A stretch of 64,000 nt of DNA from Eledone cirrhosa (taxonomy: Eukaryota): positions 32,488,001-32,552,000 of the forward strand of contig OZ024752.1 in assembly GCA_964016885.1 (NCBI GenBank), given 5' to 3'. Under the pieces are notes generated by a model. It was not told the origin of the DNA and searched no databases. It saw nothing but the letters and a program-made list of their open reading frames with translations. Positions within the stretch are counted from its first letter, which is position 1. The number at the start of each line of letters is the position of its first letter. Position numbers and translations under genes: made by a program. This document shows positions 1 through 13,647 of the stretch, piece after piece.

Positions 1-89
1 TTATACTCAGGTATATCCTAATGTTTGTTAAGTGAGATGGGAGTTGGTCGGAGTATCGCTAAAAGCTTTCTTTGTTATTGTATTAAATA

Positions 90-132
<43 letters not shown>

Positions 133-194
133 TGAAGTATTTCCGTCGGAAAGGTACAGGAAAAAAGAGTGCTCTATGTAGGCTACAGAGCTTA

Positions 195-519
<325 letters not shown>

Positions 520-981
520 ATATATATATGTATATATATACACACATAGACATACTCGTACATAGACACACATTTATATGTAGATTTGTTTTTGTGTATG
601 TACATGTGTGTGCGCGTGCGTGTGTGTGTTAATGCCTCTAATAATAATCATGATTACCAAAACCTATCTATTCCTCTATCATAATAAATAAGTCATGAAC
701 CTTTTGCTCAATATAATTTATTATATGTCTCTTTGCCGACCACAAACTAAGCCATTTAACCAATTTTATCCTCATGAATCATCATCATACCCGTTGACCA
801 GTCTTCGGTAATCACAAACAAACATGGCTTCCTTCTTCTTCCTTACACACTCACCAATAATCACGTGCTATTTTCGATTCTCATAAATGTTTGCAATCTT
901 TAAAATCTTTACAATTTCACACACGTTGTATTTACTTGGTATTAAATAAACATATTTGTGTATATCTCTCCCTCTCCCTCT

Positions 982-1018
<37 letters not shown>

Positions 1019-1021
<3 letters not shown>

Positions 1022-1181
1022 TGAGATTCTACAGGACTAGAACTGTTTCATTCTTGAGAAGTCATCAGGAATGAAGCAGTTCTAGGTCCTGTAGAATCTC
1101 ATCTATATTAAAACTTTTATACTCTGCAATGTATTGAGTACCTTACTTACTGTGGTTACCTCTGATTCAACCCGGAATAAC
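1019..1181. mobile_element. HHR-bearing (TA)n-embedded repeat family A (other copies at 8957-9138, 25941-26070, 37268-37320)
   Basis: Shared sequence gagattctacaggactagaactgtttcattc...tcatcag, with tail ...gtattgagtaccttacttactgtggttacctctgattcaacccggaataac in three copies. Each copy abuts (TA)n and three show a partial inverted repeat. Confidence 0.8.
1027..1071 (-). ncRNA. Minimal type-I hammerhead ribozyme motif (family A)
   Basis: Minus strand reads TTC-CTGATGA-c-TTC(tcaa)GAA-t-GAAA-CAG(ttctagtc)CTG-TA-GAA. Confidence 0.7.
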
Positions 1182-1182
<1 letters not shown>

Positions 1183-1262
<80 letters not shown>

Positions 1263-1305
1263 TATATTATATATATTATATATATATATATATTATATAT
1301 ATATA

Positions 1306-1360
<55 letters not shown>

Positions 1361-1972
1361 ATATTATATATTATATATATATTATATATATTATATATAT
1401 ATATATTATATATATATATATTATATATATATATTATATATATATATTATATATATATTATATATATATATATTATATATATATATTATATATATATATA
1501 TTATATATATATATTATATATATATATATTATATATATATATATTATATATATATATATATTATATATATATTATATATATATTATATATATATTATATA
1601 TATATATATTATATATATATATATTATATATATATTATATATATATATATTATATATATATATATTATATATATATATATTATATATATATATATATATT
1701 ATATATATATATTATATATATATATATTATATATATATATTATATATATATATATTATATATATATATATTATATATATATATATTATATATATATATAT
1801 TATATATATATATATTATATATATATATATTATATATATATATTATATATATATATTATATATATATATTATATATATATATTATATATATATATTATAT
1901 ATATATATATTATATATATATATTATATATATATATTATATATATATATTATATATATATATATTATATATA

Positions 1973-2010
<38 letters not shown>

Positions 2011-2261
2011 ATATATATTATATATATATATATATATTATATATATATATATATTATATATATATATATTATATATATATATATTATATATATATATATT
2101 ATATATATATTATATATATATATATTATATATATATATATTATATATATATATATTATATATATATATATTATATATATATATATTATATATATATATAT
2201 ATTATATATATATTATATATATATTATATATATATATTATATATATATATATTATATATAT

Positions 2262-2295
<34 letters not shown>

Positions 2296-2407
2296 ATTAT
2301 ATATATATATATTATATATATATATATTATATATATATATATTATATATATATTATATATATATATATTATATATATATTATATATATATTATATATATA
2401 TTATATA

Positions 2408-2453
<46 letters not shown>

Positions 2454-2553
2454 ATATATATATTATATATTATATATATATATATATTATATATATATAT
2501 ATATTATATATATATTATATATTATATATATATTATATATATTATATATTATA

Positions 2554-2588
<35 letters not shown>
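1183..2588. repeat. Long degenerate (TA)n / TATTA array
   Basis: About 1.4 kb consisting only of T and A. Confidence 0.95.
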
Positions 2589-2765
2589 ACAAAGAAGGTG
2601 TGGTAAGGAACCAGGTGGACCATAGCGCACCAGAGTACTCGATACTTAGGGTAGTAGAGTGGGTAAAAGCAAAAGAGTCAGGACCCCGACGGCTGAGCTC
2701 CGGCCGTTTCGACAGCTAGATCCTAACTGTTAGGATCTAGCTGTCGAAGTCCCGACTCTTTTCCT
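2589..2765 (-). mobile_element. Repeat family B with the 3' half of a hammerhead and a terminal fold-back (other copies at 16408-16600, 27270-27380, 27396-27590)
   Basis: Shared ggtgtggtaaggaaccaggtggaccat...gaccccgacggc...gccgtttcgac. Minus strand gives GAAA-CGGC(nnGAGCTCn)GCCG-TC-GGGG. Perfect hairpin at 2708-2748. Adjacent to (TA)n. Confidence 0.7.
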
Positions 2766-3009
2766 AGAGAGAGAGGCTATATATATATAAATATATATAT
2801 AGAATGTATGTGTGTGATTAGGTACGTACGTAAGTATGTATGTACGTATATATTGGTAAATATCATCTTGGTTAAGAGAGTGGGACTGGCTTTGTGCAGT
2901 GCCTTTGTTCACTATAAAAGCTTCACGGCACAGGCATTGCTTTATATCTGGAGATCTCTCTGCACTTGTCGTCACATGGTACAATGGGCTCAGCACTATG
3001 TGTCAATAA

Positions 3010-3153
3010 TTGTCACAAGTGTAGTGTTTGTACCAGAGTTTTCAAGTCGCTGGCTGGACTAAAAAGTCACACTCGTTCAGCGCATCGGTAGGGGTTCTCC
3101 TACATGGATATAAAGTAGTGGCCGTACTCGAAAACGAGTTGGCAGCCACCATG
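3010..3153 (+). mobile_element. 3' end of a LINE (RTE-like) encoding a terminal C2H2-type zinc finger, with a (TATG)n tail; copies at 37873-38013 and 59936-60078
   Basis: Three near-identical ~140 bp copies translate to CHKCSVCTRVFKSLxGLKSHTRSAHR-stop, followed by a short UTR ending ggcagccac(c/t)atg. The clade is inferred from the terminal CxxC-x12-H-x4-H motif. Confidence 0.6.
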
Positions 3154-3169
3154 TACGTATGTATAGACA

Positions 3170-3705
3170 ATAGCAGGGATTGAAATTCCTAGATTAAAAT
3201 CAGCGCACGATCTGTGAATTGTTATGAAGAATGATGCATCGTGTCATGCGCATATCACGAAGATGGCTACTATGTGCAGACGACTGGCCGGATGAATTCT
3301 GATGTCATTCAAGACCAGATACCTAGACATGTGTTGAGCCTCTGTAAAACATTTGCTCTCAACTCTAGTCATCAGGCAATGAGAAATTCACTGCGGAACC
3401 TGAAGCAACCCGACGATGCTACACCAAGAAGTTTGCTTCAATGAAAGAGATTGGCTACAGGGATAGGCTGAAACAATTGAAATAGTTCTGCTCCTAATTA
3501 TATACATCTTAAAGATCCAGGAATGGCTAACACAAAATTTTGGCCTAGAGATCTGGACTACTCTCTGAACTGGAAGTCACTGCGTATTGCCAAAAGTCTC
3601 CGCCTCAACATCTTGTGTCAAATCTAGATACTGCAATAGTTTGGGGTTCCGAGGGACACCAGCTTTTTAATATGATGCCAGAAAGCTTGAGAGATATACA
3701 AGTGG
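3170..3705 (+). mobile_element. Decayed CR1/L2-group LINE ORF2, C-terminal part
   Basis: Frameshifted translation: DL*IVMKNDASCHAHITKMATMCRRLAG*ILMSFKTR ... YTKKFASMKEIGYRDRLKQLK ... IIYILKIQEWLTQNFG ... SRYCNSLGFRG-QLFNMMPESLRD. Confidence 0.75.
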
Positions 3706-4497
3706 TAATTCTTTTTTTAAAAAGAGGTGGGCGAAGAAAGCTGAAAAACGGACGATACACCTAATGACCCCTCTCATCAGGCGACCTCTGGAGGTCCTTG
3801 TGATTTCAGTATATTAAGGCTGATACCACACACTCCAGTGCACACAAAACAGTGAAGTTTTCCAGAAGCATATCGACATTCTACTCTAGAAGATCCCAGA
3901 TTAGTCTACAGAGCAACAAAGAACACAAATGGCGGCGGCGGTGGTGTCAAAGTGAAGTCCCCCCATTCATCAACGGCCAGTAAAGGAAGGGCAGCTATAG
4001 AAAGTGTTGTTACAATGTCGGTGCCCAGGCAAGGCTTCACTCCGTATGCCAGAAGATCGAGTAAAAGAGTACATACATTTGTCTTTGTGAGAACATACAT
4101 AAAGGACACGCGCGCGCGATAAGAGTTTAAATTATATTTGTCACTGATTTCATTACATTTTCAAAACTACAATTGCACGTGATTCTGATAGAAGCCATAT
4201 TGTTTTGTTGATTTTTTTCCGCATTTTTGTCTTCATCCTAAAGAGGGAGATGTTTTTTGAAAGCCATTAATATTCCTTCCCATATTCTTTGTCAATTTTC
4301 TTTCTCAACTTTTATCTGTTGTATATCTGTCATATATCTATATATTTATATTTATATAACTATACCCATTCACGTAACGTCGATTTTGGAAGAACCCGCC
4401 CACACCAACCCATGCCTTTGAGAAGCGTCAAAATGGCTAACGAAAAATACAAATGAAAAGAAGCTTAACAATAACAACAATGACGACGGCGGTGATG

Positions 4498-4536
<39 letters not shown>

Positions 4537-4751
4537 TTTTCTTTATTATATAAATATTGATGAAGCTCCATTTGACGTGCGAGAAATGTTTGATTCCCTG
4601 AAATATGGTTTTCACTAAACACCCCCAAAAGAACTGAAAATATATATTTTTTTTAAACTCTGTTTTTATGACAATGCACGTTTATCTCATTTTTATATTG
4701 AAGAAAGATAAAGAGCAAATGAGGGAGCTTGCCTGAGAGAGAAAAGAGAGA

Positions 4752-4822
<71 letters not shown>

Positions 4823-4999
4823 TCGACCCCAATACTTGACTGGTACTTTTTTTATCGGCCTGGAATGGATGAAAGGCAAAGTTAGCGTCAGTAGGATTTA
4901 TACTGAAAGAGCAGAAAGCCGAAACAAAAACTGCAAAGCATTCTATCTGACGTTGTAGCAACTCTGCCAATTATATGAAAATGTCAAAGAAATATGGCT

Positions 5000-5352
5000 A
5001 GACCTTTAAATCCAGAGTGACTAGTAGTAAACACAACCACAAGGATATTGTCCGAACGTGGAAGGGCCGAACTCCCACTGTCATCGCCTCCATCTCTCTC
5101 GCCCTCCCCATCTCTCCGTATGGTGAGCAAATGGGGTCACACGTGCTGGCTTCCCCCACAGCCCCGGCGGACAGAATAGAGAAGGCGTTTCCCCGGAGGA
5201 TGGTAAGGTAGATGCGCTGGAAGAGCCATTCCAATTCACGAGGCTCACACCTGCGGCTGGCCAGCTCGTCAGCGCCTATGGTGGTGAGTAAGGAGGTATC
5301 CCTAGGGCCAAGGAGACCAGAAGTCCCCACTACCAAGGGCACGACCGCGAAC
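5000..5352 (-). mobile_element. CRE-like non-LTR retrotransposon 3' fragment (restriction-like endonuclease C-terminus plus 3' UTR)
   Basis: FAVVPLVVGTSGLLGPRDTSLLTTIG...EPRELEWLFQRIYLTILRGNAFSIL matches the PLAVET-G...QR-S----RGNA--IL end of REL domains. Shorter pieces at 7677-7790, 20990-21135 and 28660-28713. Confidence 0.75.
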
Positions 5353-5554
5353 ATGTAAAGTGGATGTTTTTTACCCATCACATCGTTGCTTTACTCGTTC
5401 ATTTCTTTGGTATTGTACTTAATATCTTTTTTTTTTAACGAAAATGTTAGTATATACAGGGTGCAACTGTCATCATGATTTTACATCCGCTTCCCATAGC
5501 TTCAAGGCTGCATGTATTGGACAATATATATAATAGGCAATTTGTAATTTAACT

Positions 5555-5920
5555 AATAATGGTTTCTTATATAGGCACAAGACCATCAATTTTGGGGAAG
5601 GGGAAAGTCGGTTAAATCGACCCCAGTGCGTGGCTGTTACTTTATTTTATTGACCCCGTAAGGATGAAAGGCAAAGTTAAGCTCGGCGGGATTTGAACTC
5701 GGACTGTAAAGGGCTATAACTATGCTGCAAAGCATGGCGTCCAACCCTCTACCGATACTGCCAATCCACCACCAATTTAACTAATAATTGTTTCTACGTT
5801 TGGCACAAGGCCAGCAATTATATCAGTACATTACTGGTACTTTATTTTATCGACCCCGTAAGGATGAAAGGCAAAGTTAACCTTGGCGGGATTTGAACTC
5901 AGACCATAAAGGGCCGTAAC
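5555..5920 (-). mobile_element. Two copies of the dominant tRNA-derived SINE (Deu/Nin-like core)
   Basis: Reverse complement of ggtggattggcagtatcggtagag...gagttcaaatcccgccgag (A and B boxes), gcctttcatccttacggggtcgataaaataaagtacca and tail ggccttgtgcc. A diverged copy lies at 4820-4970. Confidence 0.9.
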
Positions 5921-6849
5921 TCTTGGTGACTTAACATCTTAAAGGGAAGAAAGAGGAAACTGCCAGTTTTACGTCATTCGAATAATGATTATTAATGGAA
6001 ATAGCAGTGAACTAACTACAAATGGAATTGAAATTAGAACGCTTATTTTATTCGCATAAAGCTTAATGCCATTTCAGAGCTGACCCATTGTCTGTCAGTC
6101 GATATTATCATCAAACTTCTGGTCGTTTCCATGTTATGTTACATTTGTTGGTTTTCGTATTATTACTATTGTCGTTGCTTCCAGTTTTCTGCTTCCATGT
6201 CAGTTTGTATATAATATTCACAATACCAACAGCTACGAACAACTGTTCAATTTAACACTATTTTCCCTTTCTCTCTATACTCTTTACCTTACGGCACTTT
6301 ACAATATATCTTATTCTAAACAATTTACACATTTGTAATGCAAGCAAGATGGAATCTAGCGTTCACATGTCGTCATCTCAATGTTTGAGTCGACTAGGAA
6401 GTAGGAACGCTTGCGAGGAAATAACTGCAAGACTGTAAGACTGAGATTTAAAAATAAGAAGTTATTTCTGACAAACTATAGAAAAGTTGGTGTTTCACAC
6501 ATTGTAGTAGTATGTGTTGTGACGTAGAGAATCTCCTAGAACTGCCTGCTGGTACATTAGAAATATGATGCTCCATTTTTTTTTTTTTTTAACTTAAAAA
6601 TAATTGAACAGAATCTAATCATTAAAAAAAAGGGGCGGTGACTCAGGTTGTTTTGGGTTGTTTTGGTTTGTTTTGGTTTGTTTTGGTTTTTTTGGGGTTG
6701 TTTTGGTTTGTTTTGGTTTGTTTCTTCAGAATTCTCACACGTTGTTTTCCTTGATCGTAAAAATGATTAGAAAGATAAATTACGACTGAAAAGTTTGGGT
6801 AAAAAAAATCAGAAAGATTTCACTTAGGTGACTTAGGCGAGCGAGAAAG

Positions 6850-6880
6850 CTTCGCGGGCCGCAGGTTGCGCACGACTGCT
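6850..6880 (-). mobile_element. Possible hAT-like transposon terminus
   Basis: Minus strand cagtcgtgcgcaacctgcggcccgcg resembles hAT terminal motifs; no partner end was found. Confidence 0.35.
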
Positions 6881-6969
6881 TTAAACAAAGCAATCTTCAG
6901 TGAACTTTCGTTGTATAGTTGGGACACTACGGGAAAGGATTTGCTTTCCGAAAAGTTTCCGTCTACCAA

Positions 6970-7990
6970 ATAATTGTTTCTACTTTAGGCACAAGGCCAG
7001 CAATTACCCAGTGCATTACTGGTACTTTATTTTATCGACCCCGTAAGGATGAAAGGCAAAGTTAACTTCGGCGGGATTTGAACTCAGATTGTAAAGGGCC
7101 GTAACTCTATGCGTCAAACCATGGCGTCTTGTCTCTGAAATAGAAAATTATATTATTATTATTATATATTATAATTAATTGTTTCTATTTTTGGCACCAT
7201 GCCAGCAATTATCCCAGTGTATTACTGGTACTTTATTTTATCGACCCCGTAAGGATGAAAGGCAAAGGCAACCTCGGCGGGATTTGAACTCAGATCGTAA
7301 AGGGACGTAACTATGCTGGAAAGCATGGCGTCCGACCCTCTACCGATACTGCCACACTCATGACGTTTTTATCAAACAGACATATATTTACCCCAAGTGC
7401 TCTGCAGTTGATTTAACCCTCGGTCATTCATATGCCTATACGAGTCATCACCAAAATATTTCATGGATATTATATCAAATTATTTTGGTAATATATGTTT
7501 CTATACTATGGTGTGGTAATAAATACATATATACATATATTAGGTCTGAACATAATTGAATCGAATCCGAGGTTAACTTTGCCTTTCATCCTTACGGGGT
7601 CGATAAAATAAAATACCAGTAATGCACTGGGATAATTGCTGGCCTTGTGCCAAAAGTAGAAACAATTATCACAACCCCCGTCTCTCTCGCTCTCCCCCAT
7701 CTCTCTCTATTATAAACAAATGGGGGCCCACGCCCTGGCCGCCTCACGGCCCCGGCGGCCAGAATAAAGAAGGCGTTTCTCCAGAGGATGATGAGGGAGG
7801 CGCGGGTGGATTGGCAGTATCGGTAGAGGGTCGGACGCCATGCTTTCCAGCATAGTTACGTCCCTTTACGATCTGAGTTTAAATCCCGCCGAGGTTGACT
7901 TTGCCTTTCATCCTTACGGGGTCGATAAAATAAAGTACCAGTAATGCACTGGGTAATTGCTGGCCTTGTGCCTAAAGTAGAAACAGTTAT
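6970..7990. mobile_element. SINE cluster: 6970-7128 (-), 7180-7355 (-), 7565-7670 (+), 7805-7990 (+)
   Basis: Direct matches to the SINE consensus, in both orientations. Confidence 0.9.
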
Positions 7991-8784
7991 TAATCTTTAA
8001 GCCATAAAATATAAGTCACCCATCACCCATCACCCACAAAACACACACACACACACACACACGCATACATACATACACAATATTCCTATATCAGATAACT
8101 TCTATTCTATTATTAATTGATCTAAATAGTGAACAAACGTAGACATTAAAACGCCATTTTTATTGTATAGAGACAAAGAGGAAATTATGTCGATAACCAT
8201 GGAAGTCGTCTGTTCGTGATGCTTCGTCCTATATCATCAATATTGTAGGAAAATAGTAGGAAGATAATATTAAAAATAGAAAAAGAGTTTGTCCTCAAAA
8301 GGTTTTTCATTTAAAATTCACAATGGAAGGCCATATAAAAGAAATATTTGCTTAATAAGGATTAGAAAAGAATGATAAGGGACAATAGATTTGTAAACGG
8401 CAGCATGCAGTTACATATAGGTGTCCACTACATATCTTGATTTACCTTTATATGTATAGATACACTTGTGTAGGTATGTATATATATATATATATAAATG
8501 TATCTATCTGTGTGTATGTGAGAGGGGGGGGCTGAGGGGGTGAGAGGGTGAGAGGGGGCGAGAGGGGGTGAGAGGGGGCGAGAGGGGGTGAGAAGGGGCG
8601 AGAGGGGTGAGAGGAGGCAGAGGAGGGGTGAGAGGGAGAGATGGGGGAGAGAGTGTGTGTGTGGTGGGGCATGTATTAATGTGCATGTTTTCTATATAAT
8701 TATGCATAAAATCATTGAACCATTAACTAATAATGAACTCAATACGAGGGTAATAGTTATGTTTACATAGAAAATTCCTGACAG

Positions 8785-8824
8785 GGATTTCGAAGTTTCG
8801 CCTGTAGACGGCTTCGTCAGATAA
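8785..8824 (-). ncRNA. Degenerate hammerhead motif
   Basis: CTGACGA-a-GCC(gtctaca)GGC-GAAA-cTTCGAAa-TC; stem I is not evident. Confidence 0.4.
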
Positions 8825-8923
8825 TCCAAAGACGTCTACACACATACACACGTGTGCGTATGTGTGTACGTACTTTTCTCATACATACATACATTAAAGC
8901 TTAATAATGAATATTTGATCTAC

Positions 8924-8956
<33 letters not shown>

Positions 8957-8959
<3 letters not shown>

Positions 8960-9138
8960 CTTCTACAGGACTAGAACTGTTTCATTCGGAGGAAATCATC
9001 AGTAGCTTTCCTAATGATTTCCTCCGGATCAAAAAGTTCTTGTCCTGTACAAGCAATTTCTATATTAAATATTTATACTCTGCTATGTATTGAGTTCCTT
9101 ACTTACTGTGGCTACCCCCGATTGAACCCGGGATAAAC
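8957..9138. mobile_element. Family A fold-back copy with a minus-strand hammerhead (about 8958-9007) and a degenerate plus-strand mirror
   Basis: Minus strand CTGATGA-t-TTC(ctcc)GAA-t-GAAA-CAG...CTG-TA-GAAGC; flanked by TA-rich repeats. Confidence 0.7.
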
Positions 9139-9165
9139 ATATGTATATATAAACATACATATATA

Positions 9166-9197
<32 letters not shown>

Positions 9198-9582
9198 ACA
9201 CATACATATATATACGAACGCAGCGCTCTCTTGATGAATGTCCGCCTCACAATTTGTTGACGTAAGTAATAAGCACATTATTTTTTTTATTCTTCGCTTT
9301 TCGTATTCCTTTATAAGACAATGTTTAGCCTAGCCGACTTCCAACGTGAATGTGCTTCGCTAAGGAGATCTAATAAGATCCAAACATGTACGTTCTTTTC
9401 ATCGGGTTAGGTTATAGACAATGTCCATTTCCAAATCATATTCTGAAAAAAAGCTTAAATCTGTTAAAATTATAGGAATTAACTATCTTGGTTGTTTCAA
9501 TAATATGGCATCTCTAAAAAAGTTGCGAGTTGGATTCCCGGAACTGGCGATGCATTATGTCCTTCACCAAGACATTATTTCA

Positions 9583-10915
9583 TTGGCAGTATCGGTAGAG
9601 CGTTGGACAAGACAACATGCTTTGCAGCATAGAGTTACGGCCCTTTACAATCTGAGTTCAAATCCCGCCGAAGTTAACTTTGTCTTTCATCCTTACGGGG
9701 TCGATAAAATAAAGTAACAGTAATGCACTGGGATAATTGCTGGCCTTGTGCCCAAAGTAGAAACAATTATTTCACGTTCTTCTTTCTACCAGGAGTTACA
9801 ACCGGTAGATAGTATCAGTAATTAGAAATTCGAATGAAAACATTGTTTCCTTGGTCCAAATTGACGAGTTCCACTCCACTTCGTAAGCGAATAAGATCTG
9901 GAATCTTGTCGATTAGAATTTTTTTTTAAATATCTTTATATGTATATTTAATTGTTTATCTGTTGTTAATTGTGTGTGACCATCATTGATGGTTATCGGG
10001 CTTACAAAGACTCATGGGTTTTTTGTTTTTTTTTGCTTTTGTTCTTTTTTTTTTACTGATGAGACTGTAAACGAAATAAAGGGATAGGGAAAGAAATAAA
10101 GTGTTAAATGAAGGAAGTCGCGAAGAATAGACCGGGATTTACTAATAAATGAATAAATACAAAAATATGAAGATAAATAATTTTGTCATTCATTATGATG
10201 AGAAAAGTTACGCCCCTTGCTATTCTGAGTTAAAATCGCGCCGAGGTTAACTTTGCTTTTCATCCTTACGGGGTCGATAAAATAAAGTACCAGTAATGTA
10301 CTGGGATAATTGCTGGCCTTGTGCCAAAAGTAGAAACAATTATTTCACGTTCTTCTTTCTACCAGGAGTTACAACCGGTAGATAGTATCAGTAATTAGAA
10401 AGTCGAATGAAAACATTGTTTCCTTAGTCCAATTTGACGAGTTCCACTCCACTTCGTAAGCGAATAAGATCTGGAATCTTGTCGATTAGAATTTTTTTTT
10501 AAATATCTTTATATGTATATTTAATTGTTTATCTGTTGTTAATTGTGTGTGACCATCATTGATGGTTATCGGGCTTACAAAGACTCATGGGTTTTTTAGT
10601 TTTTTTTGCTTTTGTTCTTTTTTTTTGCTGATGAGACTGTAAACGAAATAAAGGGAAAGGGAAAGAAATAAAGTGTTAAATAAAGGAAGTCGCGAAGAAT
10701 AGACCGGGATTTATTAATAAATGAATAAAGACAAAAATATGAAGATAAATAATTTTATCATTCATTATGATGAGAAAAATTACGCCCCTTGCCATTCTGA
10801 GTTAAAATCCCGCCGAGGTTAGCTTCGTCTTTCATCCTTACGGGGTCGATAAAATAAAGTACCAGTAACGTACTGGGATAATTGTCGGCCTTGTGCCAAA
10901 AGTAGAAACAATTAT
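9583..10915 (+). repeat. Tandem duplication with ~573 bp period, bounded by three SINE copies
   Basis: ttcacgttcttctttctaccagg... starts at both 9771 and 10344. SINE pieces at 9583-9770, 10205-10343 and 10780-10915. Confidence 0.9.
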
Positions 10916-10934
10916 TAATGCCGTTGTTAGGGCG

Positions 10935-11595
10935 GTGTAGTGGTGGTAGTGGTAGTGGTGGTGGTGATGGTGGTGGTGATGGTGATGGTAGTGGTGGTGG
11001 TAATGGTGGTAGTGTTAGTAGTGGTAGTGGTGTTAGTGGTGGTGGAAGTGGTGTTAGTGGTGGTGGTGGTAGTGGTGCTGGTGGTGGTAGTGGTGGTAGT
11101 GGTGGTAGTGGTGGTGGTGGTGGTAGTGGTGGTGGTGGTAGTAGTGGTGGTGGTGGTGGTGGCAGTAATGGTGGTAATGGTGGTAGTGGTGTGGGGGGGT
11201 ATTGGTTGGTGGTAGTGGTCGTAATAGTGGTGGTGGTGGTAGTAGTGGTGATAGTGGTGGTAGTGTTAGTAGTGGTAATGGTGTTAGTGGTGGTGGAAGT
11301 GGTGTTAGTGGTGATGGAAGTGGTGTTAGTGGTAGTGGTGGTAGTGGTGGTAGTGGTGGTGGTGGTGGTGGTGGTGGTAGTAGTTGTGGTGGTGGTAGTG
11401 GTGCTGTTAGTGGTGGTGGTGTTGTTTTTGGTGGTGGTGGTGGTGGTGGTAGTTGTGGTGATGGTAGTGGTAGTGGTATTAGTGGTGGTAGTTGGGGTGG
11501 TAGTAGTGTTAGTGGTGGTAGTAGTGCTAGTGGTGTTAATATTAGTGGTAGTGGTAGTGGTAGTAGTGGTGGTGGTAGTGGTGGTGGTGGTGGTG

Positions 11596-11657
<62 letters not shown>

Positions 11658-11670
11658 AGTAGTGGTAGTC
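10935..11670. repeat. (GGT/AGT)n trinucleotide array
   Basis: Direct reading. Confidence 0.95.
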
Positions 11671-12377
11671 GTTGATGTCATCTATTGACTCCGTCTAACC
11701 AAACCATAGTGAAATTAATTAATTCCATTCGTTATAAATTATTTTCTACTTTTTTCTGTTATTGCTATAACATTCGTAAGGTATTTCCTCTAGCTGTTTA
11801 TATGGCTTACTTAGAGAAGGAACGACAGAGCCCTCTAATGGGTTTTTTTTTTAATTGTTACTGGAATTGCAGTAGGGACGGGTGGACAAACAAATAAAGA
11901 AACTACGGCTGATTAGTAAAGAGTATAACAAGATATCTCGTGGCATAATGTTAATCCGAAGGTTTGGCCCAATTGCTAACAACAGACGAATTCTATTAAA
12001 ATCACAAATATGAAGAGTTCAATAGGGAAGCGGAGGAGATCTACAGAGTGCCTCTGAGTGACCTGGGGCTAAATAAAGACCGTAATGACATCAACAAAGC
12101 CAGCAGTGCTAAAATCAAGGAAGCTTTGGCAAGAATATAATTGTTTCTACTTTTGGCACAACGCCAGCAATTATCCCAGTGCATTACTGGTACTTTATTT
12201 TATCGACCCCCGTAAGGATGAAAGGCGAAGTTAACCTCGGCGGGATTTGGCAAGAATATAATGTAAACTGTACACAATACTATTTACAGGAGGAAGGTAA
12301 TAGAGTTAGAAAGAAGAGAAACGCGAGCTCTTTCATTTCTCGGCGAGGCAATTGTGTTTAAGCGTGGACCATACACA

Positions 12378-12955
12378 TATATTAGTATTGGTGCTCTGAA
12401 ATAGCGATGTGTATATGAATGTATGTATAGTATATTTGGTAATATACTGTATATTTGATTAAAAATCATTTTGTAGGCCATACGCTATGAGTTTTAAAGT
12501 AGTGACTATGTCACTTACTTATTCTCGGCAAAAACAAAGGGAAAGTGATCCACAGTCTGTTTCTCGCTTGTTAACGTTTATCAAGACCACACACTCCCCT
12601 GCCTTTCAGAGAATTATAGATGCTGGATTCTTATAGAATTCCAGTAATATTGAAGAACTGATTAAACAGAGCGATTGCCGGTCAAGCAAAAATTACGTAT
12701 TAGTATTGGTGCTCTGAAATAGCGATGTATACATGAATGTATGTATAATATATTTGGCATTATACTGTATGTTTAATTTAAAACATTTTGAAGACCATTC
12801 TCTATGAGTTTTAAAATAGTGACTATATGTCACTCACTTATTCTCGGCAAAAACAAAGGGAGAGTGATTGACAGTCTGTTTCTCGCTTGTTAGCGTTTAT
12901 CAATCCCCCCCCCTCCACCCCACCCGCCTTTGCCCAGAATTATAGTTGCTGCATT
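12378..12955. repeat. Diverged direct duplication (about 250 bp, period about 320 bp)
   Basis: tattagtattggtgctctgaaatagcgatgt...gtctgtttctcgcttgtta occurs at about 12379 and about 12698. Confidence 0.85.
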
Positions 12956-13092
12956 CAAACAGACATCCCTAAAATAAATGTAAGGTCACAACCTCAAATG
13001 TTGGTATAGCTTAGAGCAACCAGAACTCATGTAGGTATGCGGGACGTATGCATGTTTGTATGTGTGTGTGTGTGTATGTGTATGTATGTATG

Positions 13093-13477
13093 TCTTATTC
13101 AGAATTTTAAAACTGTAACTTATTTCTGGGATCGCTAGAATATTGATGCCTATTATCTTGTTCTTTGTATTTAGTTCTGTTTCAAGTAGTAATCTAATCC
13201 GTCTATAATATTTCTTTCTAATCTTTTCTTTCATCGGTGTATGTTGAAACCCGTCTAGTTCATAGATTTCTAAATATTTATGTCTGAGACTGATCTAATT
13301 CTTTTATCTCAGTTTCTTTATCTAGCGTGATACTAGTTTTCCACTATTCAGACTTACCTTAGCATATTTTTTCTTGTTCAAGCCATGTCTATTTATTTTG
13401 TGAATCTATGTACTGTCTGCAGCAGTGTTTCAAGTTGTCTTTTATCTGCAGTCGATTTTCCATCGTTGGAATAAATC

Positions 13478-13478
<1 letters not shown>
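13093..13478 (-). mobile_element. Decayed Dong/R4-like LINE reverse transcriptase fragment
   Basis: QLETLLQTVHRFT...KYAKVSLNSGKL...EIKELDQSQT-KYLEIYELDGFQHTPMKEKIRKKYYRRIRLLLETELNTKNKIIGINILAIPEISYSF. Confidence 0.75.
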
Positions 13479-13529
<51 letters not shown>

Positions 13530-13590
13530 AAAATAGTAGCAGAAGTAGTGGTGGGTGGTAGTAGATAGTGGTAGTAGATAGTAGTAGTGA

Positions 13591-13647
<57 letters not shown>

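Noticed and set aside
1134-2009. 291-aa Ile/Tyr ORF
   Set aside because: Read-through of (TA)n.
3855-4122. Stop-free plus-strand frame of about 85 codons
   Set aside because: No recognisable domain or clear splice sites.
10055-10085. CTGATGA...CGAAA (also at 10628)
   Set aside because: No stem II pairing beyond one pair, no NUH site and no stem I; probably chance.
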